From Leptolyngbyaceae cyanobacterium (lineage in GTDB: Bacteria > Cyanobacteriota > Cyanobacteriia > Phormidesmidales > Phormidesmidaceae), in contig CBDHHL010000056.1 in NCBI GenBank assembly GCA_965263355.1, positions 2,240,001 through 2,304,000 of the forward strand: 64,000 nucleotides of DNA, written 5' to 3'. The position numbers and the translations under genes were made by a program. The notes beneath the pieces were generated by a model, which made no database searches, was not told where the DNA came from, and saw only the letters and a program-made list of their open reading frames with translations. Positions 10,997 through 21,766 of this stretch are shown piece by piece (position 1 is the stretch's first letter; each line of letters starts with the position of its first letter).

Positions 10997-12421
10997 ATGT
11001 CTAACAATCTTGTTGCGGTGGCCTATTTGGTCGCTATTGTTCTCTTCATTTTGAGTTTGGGTGGGCTTTCTAACCAAGAGTCCGCCAAGCGTGGCAATAT
11101 TTACGGCATCATCGGTATGGTGATTGCCCTGGTGGCTACAGCCCTGAGTGCTCAACTAACAGCCTATGGTCTTTTGGTGGCGGCAATCTTGCCCGCTGTT
11201 GCCCTTGGCGGCTTGGTGGCATCCCGTGTAGAAATGACTGAAATGCCTGAACTGGTAGCTATTCTTCACAGCTTTGTGGGCCTGGCCGCTGTGCTGGTTG
11301 GTTTGGCTAGCTATTTAGGTCCCGATCCCACCCTGGTAGGTGCCGAGGAAACCATCCACAAGCTGGAAATCTATATCGGTATCTTTATTGGTGCTCTGAC
11401 GTTTACGGGGTCTGTGGTTGCCTTTGGTAAGCTACGAACAATTATTAGTAGTAAACCCTTGATGTTGCCTGCTCGGCACTTGTTGAATGTTGCCATGCTG
11501 GTGGGCACAGTTGTTCTCGGCGTTGGTTTTATGGCCGCTGAGGGTACTGATGGATTTGGCTATGTGCTGGGTATGGTGGCGATCGCATCCCTGCTCGGCA
11601 TTCATCTTGTCGCTGCCATCGGTGGTGCCGATATGCCGGTGGTAATCTCCATGCTCAACAGCTATTCTGGCTGGGCGGCGGCGGCGGCAGGCTTTATGCT
11701 TTCCAATGACCTGTTGATTGTAACTGGTGCATTGGTGGGTAGTAGCGGTGCCATCCTGAGCTACATCATGTGTGAGGCGATGAATCGTTCTTTCTTTAGT
11801 GTGATCTTGGGCGGATTTGGTCAAGGATCTGGCAAGGGCAGTGCTAAAGCTGTTGAGGGTACGGTGACTGAAACTGATGTTAACGAAACCATTGAGCTGC
11901 TGGCGGATGCGCAGAGTGTGATTATCACTCCTGGTTACGGTATGGCTGTAGCCCAGGCTCAGCATGCGGTATCAGATATTACGCGCCTTTTGACTCAGCG
12001 GGGTGTGAATGTGCGGTTTGGAATTCACCCAGTAGCAGGTCGTTTGCCAGGACATATGAATGTGTTGTTGGCTGAGGCAAATGTGCCCTATGACATTGTG
12101 TTAGAGATGGATGAAATCAATGAGGATTTCTCTGAAACAGATGTTGTTCTTGTTATTGGTGCTAACGATACGGTGAACCCCAGTGCAATGGAAGATCCGG
12201 AGAGCCCTATTGCTGGGATGCCCGTGTTGGAAGTGTGGAATGCTCGCAATGTTGTTGTGATGAAGCGGGGTATGTCGGCTGGCTATGCTGGTGTGGCAAA
12301 TCCGTTGTTCTTTAAGGAGAATACTCAAATGTTGTTTGGTGATGCGAAGGCAAATACCAATGCGATTTTGGGTAAGTTGCAGGAGACTGCGACGGAGTCT
12401 CCTAAGTTAGCGACGGCTTAG
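10997..12421 (+). CDS. pntB: NAD(P) transhydrogenase subunit beta
   Basis: [35 protein letters not shown]. Confidence 0.97.
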   Translation: MSNNLVAVAYLVAIVLFILSLGGLSNQESAKRGNIYGIIGMVIALVATALSAQLTAYGLLVAAILPAVALGGLVASRVEMTEMPELVAILHSFVGLAAVLVGLASYLGPDPTLVGAEETIHKLEIYIGIFIGALTFTGSVVAFGKLRTIISSKPLMLPARHLLNVAMLVGTVVLGVGFMAAEGTDGFGYVLGMVAIASLLGIHLVAAIGGADMPVVISMLNSYSGWAAAAAGFMLSNDLLIVTGALVGSSGAILSYIMCEAMNRSFFSVILGGFGQGSGKGSAKAVEGTVTETDVNETIELLADAQSVIITPGYGMAVAQAQHAVSDITRLLTQRGVNVRFGIHPVAGRLPGHMNVLLAEANVPYDIVLEMDEINEDFSETDVVLVIGANDTVNPSAMEDPESPIAGMPVLEVWNARNVVVMKRGMSAGYAGVANPLFFKENTQMLFGDAKANTNAILGKLQETATESPKLATA

Positions 12422-12470
12422 CAACGAGCTGTAAGCGGTATCGGTAAAACGATTCATCATCTTCTAAATC

Positions 12471-12530
12471 ATGACAAGCCCTCGATGTCTAGCATCGGGG
12501 GTTTGTTGTTTCTGGAATTCTGATCATCTG
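12471..12530 (+). terminator. Hairpin/terminator after pntB; copy A of a 60-bp direct repeat
   Basis: ACAAGCCCTCGATG-tctag-CATCGGGGGTTTGT followed by a T-rich tract; 50/60 identical to 13750-13809. Confidence 0.7.
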
Positions 12531-12543
12531 CACTCACTAATGC

Positions 12544-12570
12544 AGGGCAACCACAGGGGATTGCCCCTAC
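12544..12570 (-). repeat. GTAG-type REP-like palindrome
   Basis: Minus strand GTAGGGGCAATCCCCTGTGGTTGCCCT. Confidence 0.75.
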
Positions 12571-12608
12571 GGTATTGTTCGTTTTTAATAGGAGAGGCTA
12601 TAGAACTC

Positions 12609-12964
12609 CTAACCCAGGATGTTTGACAACAGCTTGGACAAAGCCTGTTTGTCCTGCTCTGACAAAGCTCGTAACTGCTTCAAAATCAGATCTTTTTCAA
12701 CAGTCATAATAATCGGCTTCAGCACTGATGGCTTCAACAGACCTGCTGTTTGCCAATCTTGAATGACTACATTATCAGCGTAATTCGTTGCACTTATCTG
12801 GCTAGTAATCGCCATCAATAGAATATCGATGTGTCGCTGATTATAAGCATCTGAGCTAACAATGACCGCTGGGCGTTTTTTGCTTGCTGTCTGGTTAGTT
12901 TGCTTGCTGTCTGGTTAGTACATGGAAATGGGACCAAGACAACGTCGCCAAATTTATAGGTCAT
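12609..12964 (-). pseudogene. PemK/MazF-family toxin frameshifted by a 20-bp tandem duplication
   Basis: MTYKFGDVVLVPFP start; removing one copy of the 12881-12920 duplication restores KKRPAVIVS...MAITSQ and a 111-aa ORF. Confidence 0.9.
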
Positions 12965-13262
12965 TGTAAATATCGTCCTCTGGATTATCCCAAACCCGAG
13001 CAAAGGACGGTTCCGATACTTGCATAGCTGCGTAGGTTAAGGCTGGTTGCTCTTTAGTGGTATCAGCCAACGGTTGCGGCTGGCGTTGAGACATCTCGCC
13101 TGACAAGGCTAGTAACTCCTCCATTGTGGGTACGCTATCAGCCATTTGCAACCAGTTGATTAACGCCTCCCAGACCACAGGTGTCACTTGCACAGCTACC
13201 TTTTGCCCTGTGGTATCGACGACAAATTGAGCAGACTGCAATGCTTCTAAAACGGTGGTCAT
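12954..13262 (-). CDS. Putative antitoxin of the PemK-like module
   Basis: Overlaps toxin start by 11 nt; acidic tail SEPSFARVWDNPEDDIYNDL typical of PemK partners. Confidence 0.75.
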   Translation of the reverse strand: MTTVLEALQSAQFVVDTTGQKVAVQVTPVVWEALINWLQMADSVPTMEELLALSGEMSQRQPQPLADTTKEQPALTYAAMQVSEPSFARVWDNPEDDIYNDL

Positions 13263-13359
13263 GGCCGCTATGGATAAACTAAGCCTATTTTAACCTCGAC
13301 GTCCTCTATCTGTACAAAGAGCAAGGAATGCGCAGATAATTAAGAACCAACTGCCGATC

Positions 13360-13405
13360 TCCCCTGCTCCCCTGTTCCCTTTCCCCTGCCCCCTTTCCCT
13401 TCTCT
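13360..13405. repeat. Degenerate CCCCTGCT-type short tandem repeats (STRR-like)
   Basis: tcccctgctcccctgttccctttcccctgccccctttcccttctct. Confidence 0.6.
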
Positions 13406-13441
13406 AATCCGAGAGCTGCTGTATTGCTCCGGAAAACTACC

Positions 13442-13680
13442 CTAACGCCACTGCTCACAGACTTCTTCCATAACGGTGACAACTTCACGGAGGGTGTCTT
13501 CGTTGCCATAGTGGAGGATGGCTGGGGCTAGTTTGGGGAGGTCTTCGATGAGGTTTTGGCGACGGCGGAAGGTGAGATCGTGGAGGATTTCGGACCAGTG
13601 GGTGAAAGGTATAGATTCCCAGTCAAAGCGCGGGAGAAAGGAACTGATGCTATTTGCTGTTCTGCTGGGTTCCATCCCAA
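13442..13680 (-). pseudogene. 3' remnant of a large helical-repeat/NTPase-like protein
   Basis: Tail WSEILHDL...DLPKLAPAILHYG...VMEEVCEQWR resembles C-termini of large cyanobacterial repeat ATP-binding proteins; upstream frame runs through a hairpin repeat. Confidence 0.45.
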
Positions 13681-13749
13681 CTCCTGTTCGGCAAGGGTTT
13701 GACCCCCTATTCCTAGCTCCTGGACCACCTTGGCCATAAACTGACGACA

Positions 13750-13809
13750 ATGACAACCCCTTGATGTATAGCATCAGGGAGTTGTTGTTTATGAAATTCT
13801 GGTTATCTG
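13750..13809 (+). repeat. Copy B of the 60-bp hairpin direct repeat
   Basis: ATGACAACCCCTTGATGTATAGCATCAGGGAGTTGTTG..., 50/60 identity to 12471-12530. Confidence 0.8.
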
Positions 13810-14037
13810 AAGTGGCCCCATTTCTTTGGACAACCTTGTAGGTCACTTAAGCTCTGCAAATCCTACACAAGTTTTATTATCTTTTTAGACTACGACTACA
13901 CTTTAACATACTCCATCGAATTCATAACAAATCTAATCGGGCGTTCGATAGTTGAGTGACTGATACGGTCGCACCTGATTATAGAAACTAAACCAAACTT
14001 TTTGACACTCTCGCTATCAGGCGTGGCTGACATATTT

Positions 14038-16776
14038 CTACAAGCTGATCAAGGCTGCTTTAAAGTGAGAAAAAGCTAATTTTAGCTCATCTGTGAGACC
14101 AGGATTGATTGTCTCTTTTTGTCTACCTAATTTTTCTAGAGCCTGACATAAGTTTTGAAGCACTACACCTCCCAGCGAAGCACTACTCGACTTCAGCGAA
14201 TGGGCATTGAACTCTATTTGTTCATAATCGCCTATTTGAATAGCCTTTACGAGCTGATCGACTAATGTTGACGCTTCGGTAATAAAAATCTCACGAACGT
14301 TAGAAAACGCTTCCGATTCTGAGCCGCCTAATGCTGCTAGCGTTGATGCAAGCACCGATCCATCTAAAGCTGGAACCTCTGAAGGGTTAGCCGATTCATG
14401 TGCCTGATTTAATGCAGCGATTAAATCAGGCACATGAATCGGCTTGCTAATATAATTACTCATTCCAGCAGCCAAACAACGCTCACGATCACCCTTCATT
14501 GCATTGGCTGTTAGGGCAATAATATAAGGCCGTTCCGTTGCAGGCCAGCGTTTACAAATCTCAGTTGTAGCAGTTAGTCCATCCATTTCAGGCATATGGA
14601 CATCCATCAGAATGACATCATAAGTTTGTCGCTTCAGAGCATCAATAGCTTCATATCCATTACCTACTAGGTCAGGACGATAACCCATTTTTCCAAGCCA
14701 TTGTTGGATCAGTTGCTGATTTACTAGATTGTCTTCTGCAACTAGAATCCGGAGAGGATGCTGCTGGGCTAGCGTATTGTCTAAATCAGTTTTATTGCTG
14801 GTTAGTTTGGGTGTTTGGATCTTACGAGGCTGTTTGCTAAGCACCTGGGTAAGAACATCGTATAAGTGGGCCTGTTTAATAGGCTTATTAAGAAATGCCT
14901 GAAAGTCGGCCTTTTGCAACGCATCGTCATCCAGTTCTGGTTTTCCTACAGACGTTAACATTACTAAAGGAAGAGTCTTCCCATAAGACTTAGTACGAAT
15001 CTCATTTGCCAGCGTCAGCCCATCCACCTCTGGCATATGCATATCTAGAATGGCTGCATCAAAGTCATTTTGATGGCAACTTAGCATACCAAGAGCTTCA
15101 TAAGCAGACTGGGCCACCGTTGGTTGCATCCCCCAGGATTGCGTTTGAAGAGTTAATATTTTCCGGTTGGTGGCATTATCATCCACAATAAGAACTCGTT
15201 TTTCCTTAAGCTGATAGGACTCACAAGCTGTCTCAGAGTCTGAAGATGGGAGAACTTCAGCAACAATTGAAAATGAAAAACAAGATCCTTGCCCTACAGT
15301 GCTAGTAACACTCATGGTACCTCCCATAAGGTCACACAGCTGTTTGCTAATTGCTAAACCTAGACCTGTACCACCATACTTTCGAGTAGTGGAAGAGTCC
15401 ACCTGACTAAAGGACCTGAAAAGCTTGCTCATCTTATCGGCAGGAATACCAATACCGGTATCTTGTACATCAAAATTAACCCTGATGTAGTCCTTCTTGA
15501 TAGTCGAGTCTATGTTTGATGAAGGATCGGGTGTAAACGGCGATGTGTGGATTTTAATGAGTACTTCTCCTTCATCAGTAAACTTGATTGCATTACTAAC
15601 TAGGTTGACTAAAATTTGGCGTAGGCGAGTGACATCTCCTACCAATCGGTTAGGTATTGCTGAATCTGCCAAGTAAGCTAATTCTAGATTTTTTGCAGAT
15701 GCTTTAGTTGCCAGCAAGTCTAAGGCTTCCTCAATACAGGTTCGAAGCTCGAACGGATATTCTTCCATATCCAGCTTGCCTGCCTCAATCTTTGAAAAGT
15801 CAAGGATATCGTTAATGATGATGAGTAGAGAATTACAGCAGTTTCGAATTGTCTCTGAAAAGTTTCGCTGCTCTCGGGTAAGGTTAGTATCGAGCAATAG
15901 GCCCGACATACCTAGAATCCCATTCATGGGGGTGCGAATTTCGTGGCTCATAGTAGCCAAGAAATCACTTTTGGATTGGGCGGCCGCAATCGCCTCATCA
16001 CGCGAGATTGCCAAACCGACTAAGTTTTCCTGCAGTTGGTCAGCCATCTGATTAAGGGCACGACTGACTTGACCAATTTCGTCGGGATACTTGATTTGAA
16101 TACGCTGCTCTAGATTTCCGGCCTCGCAGGATTGGGCAAACTTATTTAATGCTCTAAGAGGAGTCTGTACTTGTCGGTTAAACAACACAATTGTAAGCAA
16201 ACCTAACAGTGAACTTACAAGAAACGTAATTCTAACATTAAATAAAATAGCTAGTACCCTTTCCTGACGTAATCGCTGGTGAGAGTAGCCTAAACGAACT
16301 TCGCCCAATGGTTGCTCAGATAATTTGATGGGAACTTTTACATGGGTTATTTGGGGCAGGCTATCTAATTCGTTTAATAAGCTTAGGGGAGGATCAGATT
16401 GCGTATCTGATTTTGTTAAGGTCGAGGTAACTAACGAATTTCCAGAGTCAATAGACTGGGAGATAACTGTACCACTATTATCAACAATCACACTGTAGAC
16501 AATATCGATATCTTCTGTTGCCTTTTGCATTAGTGTTTCTAGGTACAAAAGATCTAGACTCAAAATTGCTTCTGGGACAACATCGCTAAGGAAGTCGGCT
16601 TTAGTTTCTACCTGATTGCGTAAGCTTTTTACTTGGCGCGCTTGGGTACGCTGAATTTGAACGAATCCAAAGACTAACTGTACGATTAGAGCAAAAGAAC
16701 CTGCAATAGTTAAGTAGCGTAGTGCGAGACTATGCTGAAATCGACTCAGAATTTTCTTTTGCACACTATTCATCAC
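14038..16776 (-). CDS. Hybrid sensor histidine kinase (2 TM, HAMP, HisKA, HATPase, 2 REC, Hpt)
   Basis: [20 protein letters not shown], two receivers (ILDMHMP, LMDVHMP), AHSLKSSS Hpt. Confidence 0.95.
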   Translation of the reverse strand: MMNSVQKKILSRFQHSLALRYLTIAGSFALIVQLVFGFVQIQRTQARQVKSLRNQVETKADFLSDVVPEAILSLDLLYLETLMQKATEDIDIVYSVIVDNSGTVISQSIDSGNSLVTSTLTKSDTQSDPPLSLLNELDSLPQITHVKVPIKLSEQPLGEVRLGYSHQRLRQERVLAILFNVRITFLVSSLLGLLTIVLFNRQVQTPLRALNKFAQSCEAGNLEQRIQIKYPDEIGQVSRALNQMADQLQENLVGLAISRDEAIAAAQSKSDFLATMSHEIRTPMNGILGMSGLLLDTNLTREQRNFSETIRNCCNSLLIIINDILDFSKIEAGKLDMEEYPFELRTCIEEALDLLATKASAKNLELAYLADSAIPNRLVGDVTRLRQILVNLVSNAIKFTDEGEVLIKIHTSPFTPDPSSNIDSTIKKDYIRVNFDVQDTGIGIPADKMSKLFRSFSQVDSSTTRKYGGTGLGLAISKQLCDLMGGTMSVTSTVGQGSCFSFSIVAEVLPSSDSETACESYQLKEKRVLIVDDNATNRKILTLQTQSWGMQPTVAQSAYEALGMLSCHQNDFDAAILDMHMPEVDGLTLANEIRTKSYGKTLPLVMLTSVGKPELDDDALQKADFQAFLNKPIKQAHLYDVLTQVLSKQPRKIQTPKLTSNKTDLDNTLAQQHPLRILVAEDNLVNQQLIQQWLGKMGYRPDLVGNGYEAIDALKRQTYDVILMDVHMPEMDGLTATTEICKRWPATERPYIIALTANAMKGDRERCLAAGMSNYISKPIHVPDLIAALNQAHESANPSEVPALDGSVLASTLAALGGSESEAFSNVREIFITEASTLVDQLVKAIQIGDYEQIEFNAHSLKSSSASLGGVVLQNLCQALEKLGRQKETINPGLTDELKLAFSHFKAALISL

Positions 16777-17177
16777 AGATAAATCCCTACAACAAATAAG
16801 TAAATATCACTGGTTTCATACATACGCTCTATTGCCATGGATCCACTGGATTGTTTCAGCAAAGCTTTTACACTAAGTTGAAATCGTAATTTCTTTTATT
16901 GACTAGTACAGCAATTATAAAACAGCGAAACATACCTAGAATTCAAAGCCTTTATTCTGGAAAGGTTTACAGCTTTTATGATGTTGCATTGTTTATTATT
17001 TTCGGTACTAGTGCAGCGTCAAAGCTTAATTTTAGGGTGACCTCCTTTTGGAAAGACTTCTGTGTAAGATCTAAAGAGATCGCTAACCCTAATTTTTAGT
17101 CTTGACAGAGCACCAGGCAATAGCTCAAAAATGGATTAAGTACAGATGGGATTGAGTTTTTTTTTATAAAGGCCCCA

Positions 17178-18176
17178 TTATTGGACATCAGCATCCCAAC
17201 TCTTTAGCTTTAGGGTCTCAATCAGATGGTTAAGTTGACTGTAGTCTACTGCTGGAACAAAGCCTTCTACCTTTAAAGTTGTTAATGCAGGATGATCGGA
17301 CGATAGCTGGATCAGTGCTGTTTGCACTTGATTAACTAACTCAGGTTCAGTATCTGACAAAGCCGCAACTGGCCATTCGGGATAAAGCTCCGTAGTGTGA
17401 GGATACAAGAACTCATCATCTGAAACATCGATAATTCGTACCTCATCTAAGCTGGACAGCAAACCCTTATTTACCATCTTCTCAAGCTGGCCAGTGCGGA
17501 TAAATCCAACGTCAATGCTACTATTGAGTAATGCTAAAACAATATTATCTTGAGATTTATTTTCAATAAAGCTACTGAAGTCTTTGTGGGGATCAAAGCC
17601 TTCTTGGAGTAGATGATAAATTTGAAACGTACATCCTGCTGCTGCTGTCTGAAAATTCACACAGGCCGCACGCTTACCTTTTAGATCCTCAATATCCTCA
17701 ATATTATCAATATCACTGTCACGGTCTACTATAATTAGGCCGCTAAATTGTGTCCCAGTTTTAGGGCGGGTGTGGGTGACTAAAAATTCTGTTTCATACA
17801 GTCTCTGAATCTGGACAGCGGCTAGAGGATTATTGGTTGTAAAATCTAGCGCTCCTTCTTCTACCTTTGTAAATTGGCTTTCTTGTGAAAGAATTACTAA
17901 TTCTACGGGGCGTTTGATCTGAGATGATAAATAGTCCATAAGAGGACCATATCGTTCATGTACCGATACGGCACTATCAATAGCCAGCACTCCAAAGTAA
18001 ACGGGATCTGGCTCTGAAAGACTATCCTCTTGAGCTGTCTGAGGTCTGTCTATCTCATCATTTTTTAAGGCTGAAGTATCTGAGCTACATGCTGCACAAA
18101 CCAACATAAAACATACAAAGATGATTATTCTAAGGCTGGCATTTTTTTTTAAGAAAACGTGCATAGCTTCTAGCAT
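17178..18176 (-). CDS. PhnD/TtrS-sensor-like periplasmic substrate-binding lipoprotein
   Basis: Lipobox-like CAAC, PBP2 motifs, LYPEWPVAAL. Confidence 0.8.
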   Translation of the reverse strand: MLEAMHVFLKKNASLRIIIFVCFMLVCAACSSDTSALKNDEIDRPQTAQEDSLSEPDPVYFGVLAIDSAVSVHERYGPLMDYLSSQIKRPVELVILSQESQFTKVEEGALDFTTNNPLAAVQIQRLYETEFLVTHTRPKTGTQFSGLIIVDRDSDIDNIEDIEDLKGKRAACVNFQTAAAGCTFQIYHLLQEGFDPHKDFSSFIENKSQDNIVLALLNSSIDVGFIRTGQLEKMVNKGLLSSLDEVRIIDVSDDEFLYPHTTELYPEWPVAALSDTEPELVNQVQTALIQLSSDHPALTTLKVEGFVPAVDYSQLNHLIETLKLKSWDADVQ

Positions 18177-19021
18177 TTACGTGAATGACATCAAAGCAGG
18201 TACGCTTACTAGAAAAGGTCCCTGCATGTTTCTATAGTTAGAATATGCCTTTTTTCTTGAGCAAACTAACAGCATCCATAGGAGAAATCGAAAAGGTAGT
18301 AGGGGATACGTTCTTCCTAAATGTCTTTTTTATTCATTGAATTTTTCGGGTATCAAGGTAAGCCACAAAAGTATTTGCGTATGAGGGATTCGACTGCTGT
18401 GCTTTAGATGACCTGCGGGGCATCGGTAAATCACCGACATGTTTGAGAATTCACTCAAATATGTCCGAAAAAGGATGACCAAAGAGTCACTGAGTTGCGG
18501 TGGTACCATCGGGTCATTTGAGATCGAACTTATGAAAATAGTGAGGACCTTGAGAGATTGCTCAGAAAATCCCCGACTGGCATGGTGAAGCTTGGAGAGA
18601 TACCCAATTTTTCAAGAATCGAGTCTCAAATGAGACTATTATCCAGTCTTGTTTCTGGCCCTCAGAATTTAAAGCGAATAACCCTAGTCCATGTTGTTGG
18701 TTTTAGAGCTGGGTATTCTGCAAGTTAGGCCATTGTTTTAGCCATATCTTGCTTTTACCAAAAGGCATAGCACTTAAGATTGCAGATCAAGTTTTTGAGA
18801 CTAGGCATAGTTTCAGCTCTGGCAAATTCAATGATGAGCAAGAGGTTGCATCCATCTCACTGACCATCGACTCAAAAATATGTTTAGCCTTAGCACGAGT
18901 TTTGGCGCGCTCACGATTATCAGCTATCTGCTTCTTGATGAGTAGACGATTGCGATAGGCACGTTCGTTGAGGTGACTCCCTGACAATTCTAATTTCTGA
19001 CTATGCTCTCATATTGTCACT

Positions 19022-19729
19022 CTACTTTTGCATTAATTGAGGTGTCCTAATGTGAGGGATAAAAGCTTTCTTCATATCAAGACATTGCCAATCGACAACT
19101 CTCTGCTCAGCAACTTTCTCGGCTCGCTGATAATCATCTGGTTTGGGTGGCAATAGTTGTTTTGTTTTTACGTAGTACACAGTTGCCAAAAACTCTCGTA
19201 TGATTTGTTTTCGCCATTTTGAAAATTCTAGCCTGACCGGTTTGGCAACAACCTCAAACCCAAGATTGCGATAGAGCAATGTAGTCCGACCTGTGTGTAA
19301 ACCATCGGTCACTAGCAAAATTTTAGGTTTCTCTGAAGAGGTCTGATCAAACGGCATATGCCGCTTAGTATAGAACGCATTTTGCCAGGTGGTAGCAGAA
19401 CAGGCTTCACCACTCACATTTGCAGCCGGTACTCCCATTTCCTTTGCAAGGTCAACAAGCACCGGTGCATCATTGGCACCGCTCATAAAGATATGGGGAG
19501 CCCGGCCAGCCTTCCATAGGTTGACTGCGGCCTTTGCCCGGTCAAGGTTATAGTCAGTTCCACGACCTACAACAACAATGGCATCTACGGCTTTACCACT
19601 GTCTGGCCGAGCGACAAGCAGGCGTAATCCTCGATTAACCCACCAGGGTGAAAGCCCCGCAATCAGTAACATACCAATCAGCCATCGAATCGCATGACTT
19701 ACCGGATGTTTGCACTTAAGGCAACGCAT
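19022..19729 (-). CDS. YdcF/DUF218 family protein
   Basis: DAIVVVGRG, MSG, SATTWQNA, LVTDGLH motifs. Confidence 0.85.
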   Translation of the reverse strand: MRCLKCKHPVSHAIRWLIGMLLIAGLSPWWVNRGLRLLVARPDSGKAVDAIVVVGRGTDYNLDRAKAAVNLWKAGRAPHIFMSGANDAPVLVDLAKEMGVPAANVSGEACSATTWQNAFYTKRHMPFDQTSSEKPKILLVTDGLHTGRTTLLYRNLGFEVVAKPVRLEFSKWRKQIIREFLATVYYVKTKQLLPPKPDDYQRAEKVAEQRVVDWQCLDMKKAFIPHIRTPQLMQK

Positions 19730-19919
19730 AGACGTAGCAAAGATAATTAGCTAACAACAGCGCCCACCTTATAAGGAATTAGCACCTTTTATTTAGATAC
19801 ATCTGAGACCTGCAGAAGCCGGGATCAGGGAAACCGCACTATGAAAATTGATGTGCGCTTAAAGTTTTAATTATTTTTAGTCCTAACTCTGCAGCAACGT
19901 CTGATGGGGTAGTGTGCTT

Positions 19920-20435
19920 TTAAGGTATGGTCAGCAGATTACGCTCGCCACTCGCCAAGCCACAGACCTCTCCTACCACTCTAGAAATAACAATCCGTAA
20001 GTCATTATTATCAGCCCCTCTATTCAACTCTTCTAATAATCGCCCAGACGATGTCGCTCCCGCTTGAAAGGATACGTCAGCGTCCCACTCTAGAGCTAAT
20101 TTCTGGTGATATTGCAATAGAGCTTTCTCTTTGGCTGAATAGGCGGGTAATTGAGATTGAAAGCCGCTGCAGTAGGAAACAAGCGCTGTCGATACTAAAT
20201 TATCTGATTCGCCCTGAGCTAAAACATCCGCTGGATTAGCAAATGTCATCAAACTAAATTCGCCCTGAGCTAAAACATCCGCTGGATTAGCAAATGTCAT
20301 CAAACTAAAGATTCCTAGGATGATAGAGAAAATCAAGATAGAGAGCTGTCTGGGCATAGATAAGCTGATGTTTAATTTTTTATGACTATCAGCGAACATA
20401 CTATTAGTTTGGCTAAGGCATATGTTCTTCAACAC
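19920..20435 (-). CDS. Hypothetical exported protein with internal 17-aa duplication (start uncertain)
   Basis: Signal-like segment; FSLMTFANPADVLAQGE twice. Confidence 0.6.
   Translation of the reverse strand: MLKNICLSQTNSMFADSHKKLNISLSMPRQLSILIFSIILGIFSLMTFANPADVLAQGEFSLMTFANPADVLAQGESDNLVSTALVSYCSGFQSQLPAYSAKEKALLQYHQKLALEWDADVSFQAGATSSGRLLEELNRGADNNDLRIVISRVVGEVCGLASGERNLLTIP
20208..20309. repeat. Perfect 51-bp tandem duplication
   Basis: 20208-20258 is identical to 20259-20309. Confidence 0.95.
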
Positions 20436-20478
20436 ACAATTCTTAGCTCATTCAAAGGCAATAATGTTTATAGATTAA

Positions 20479-20517
20479 GCAAGTGCTCCAAGTGTTGAAG
20501 CTACTTAGAGCACTTGC
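20479..20517. terminator. Inverted repeat, possible terminator
   Basis: GCAAGTGCTC...GAGCACTTGC. Confidence 0.5.
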
Positions 20518-20589
20518 CTAATCAGTAGGATCTTATCGAGATCTGATACACAGTCTGCCTGCCAACCCTCGGCTTCCCAGGGTTAGAAT

Positions 20590-20630
20590 GCGACGTGAAC
20601 TCAGTCAAACGCATCAGGCGCGCCTCTACA
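20590..20630 (-). repeat. Composite GTAG-type REP-like element
   Basis: Minus strand GTAGAGGCGCGCC followed by TTTGACTGAGTTCACGTCGC. Confidence 0.45.
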
Positions 20631-20674
20631 GAATTACCTATTGCTAATCAGGTTTGAGGAACTTAGATTTTGCA

Positions 20675-21078
20675 TTATTGATGATCTGCAGACTGGTTGA
20701 TAAACGCCTGTGGTCCGGTGTAACCAGAAGCGGTGGCCAAGGATTGCAAGGACTGTACTCCAGGGTAGGTTTGGCCATTGATTTCCCAGGTGGGATAGCT
20801 TTGCACACCGGCTGCTCGACAGGCATTGGGTTGTGGTTCTACACCTTCCTCGTCACACTCTACATAGGTCAAATATTCAAAGGCTTGCTTACCAAAGAGT
20901 GTCTGCTGTGCATGACAGTGGGGACACCACCAAGCTCCATATTTCTTGGCACCAACAGCTGTTAGGTGCTTAGCCAGCGCAATTTCTGAGTCACCAGAGC
21001 TGGTTTCTACTGCAGGGGGTGGATTGCCAGCAGTAAACGTATCAGGGTTTTGGGCATAGGCATACGTTTACGTGCCAT
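20675..21078 (-). pseudogene. VKOR-thioredoxin (SynDsbAB-like) gene with the VKOR domain deleted
   Basis: MARKR start at 21078 joined out of frame to EIALAKHL...YGAWWCPHC...YVEC...SYPTWEING. Confidence 0.8.
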
Positions 21079-21102
21079 GTTTCAACTATGTAGATCTACA
21101 AA

Positions 21103-21290
21103 TCAAATGCCTTCAATGGCATAGGCCAAATTTTGCAATTCTGCCGTCGGCAACTCTGCCACCAGGGCATAGAGATAATCCTCATCGCGCAAAGCACGAT
21201 GCCAGTACCATCAGGCTGTTGCAACGTCAGTTGGGCTGACTGAAATTCAGGAAACTCCTCCTCGCCTAAGACCAGCTGATAGGCAGACAC
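21103..21290 (-). pseudogene. C-terminal remnant of a probable anti-sigma factor
   Basis: Ends YLYALVAELPTAELQNLAYAIEGI*; directly behind sigma remnant; frameshifted. Confidence 0.5.
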
Positions 21291-21465
21291 TGTGCAAACA
21301 CAAAAACACCTCTTGGGTTAAATCCTCCGCGTCTGCCACCCGCCGTAAGCCCTTTAACGCCAGACCATACACCAAACTGCCATAGCGATCATAGAGAATG
21401 CCTAGGGCAGATAAATCTCCGTTCCATAGCCGAGCGACTAGAGCTGCATCCGCCTCACGCGCCAT
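21291..21465 (-). pseudogene. ECF sigma factor 5' remnant (region 2 only)
   Basis: DAALVARL...LYDRYGSLVYGLALK...DAEDLTQEVFL, then similarity ends. Confidence 0.85.
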
Positions 21466-21536
21466 CACCAATTGACCAGATTTATTCGTTTCATACACGG
21501 CCTGGATCACAGTCATACCAATCAGGTTTCAATAGG

Positions 21537-21668
21537 TATACGGCTGCCAACTCCCACCGGATGCACATAAAAAAGGGAGCACCCAAACGTTCTCCCCTAC
21601 TTGCGTCACAGCCCCGTTTATTAGGGATTTGTTTTCTATATACGGCTGCCAAATTACATCAGATGCAC
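21537..21668 (-). promoter_or_regulatory. Two copies of a putative ECF-sigma promoter
   Basis: GTGCATCC-N16-CGTATA (21566-21537) and GTGCATCT-N16-CGTATA (21668-21639). Confidence 0.6.
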
Positions 21669-21766
21669 TGGTTGAATAGATGCCCAAAAGAAAAGGGAGA
21701 ACTCACGTTCTCCCCATCAGGCTCAATCTGTTCAGCTCGGAACTAGGGATGCTAATAACCGAGAAT

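Noticed and set aside
12471..13809. Hairpin repeats as integron attC sites
   Set aside because: Stems are under 40 bp, lack RYYYAAC/GTTRRRY ends, and no integrase is present
18787..18987. 66-aa basic ORF downstream of the YdcF gene
   Set aside because: Weak start and no recognisable homology; cannot be supported or excluded
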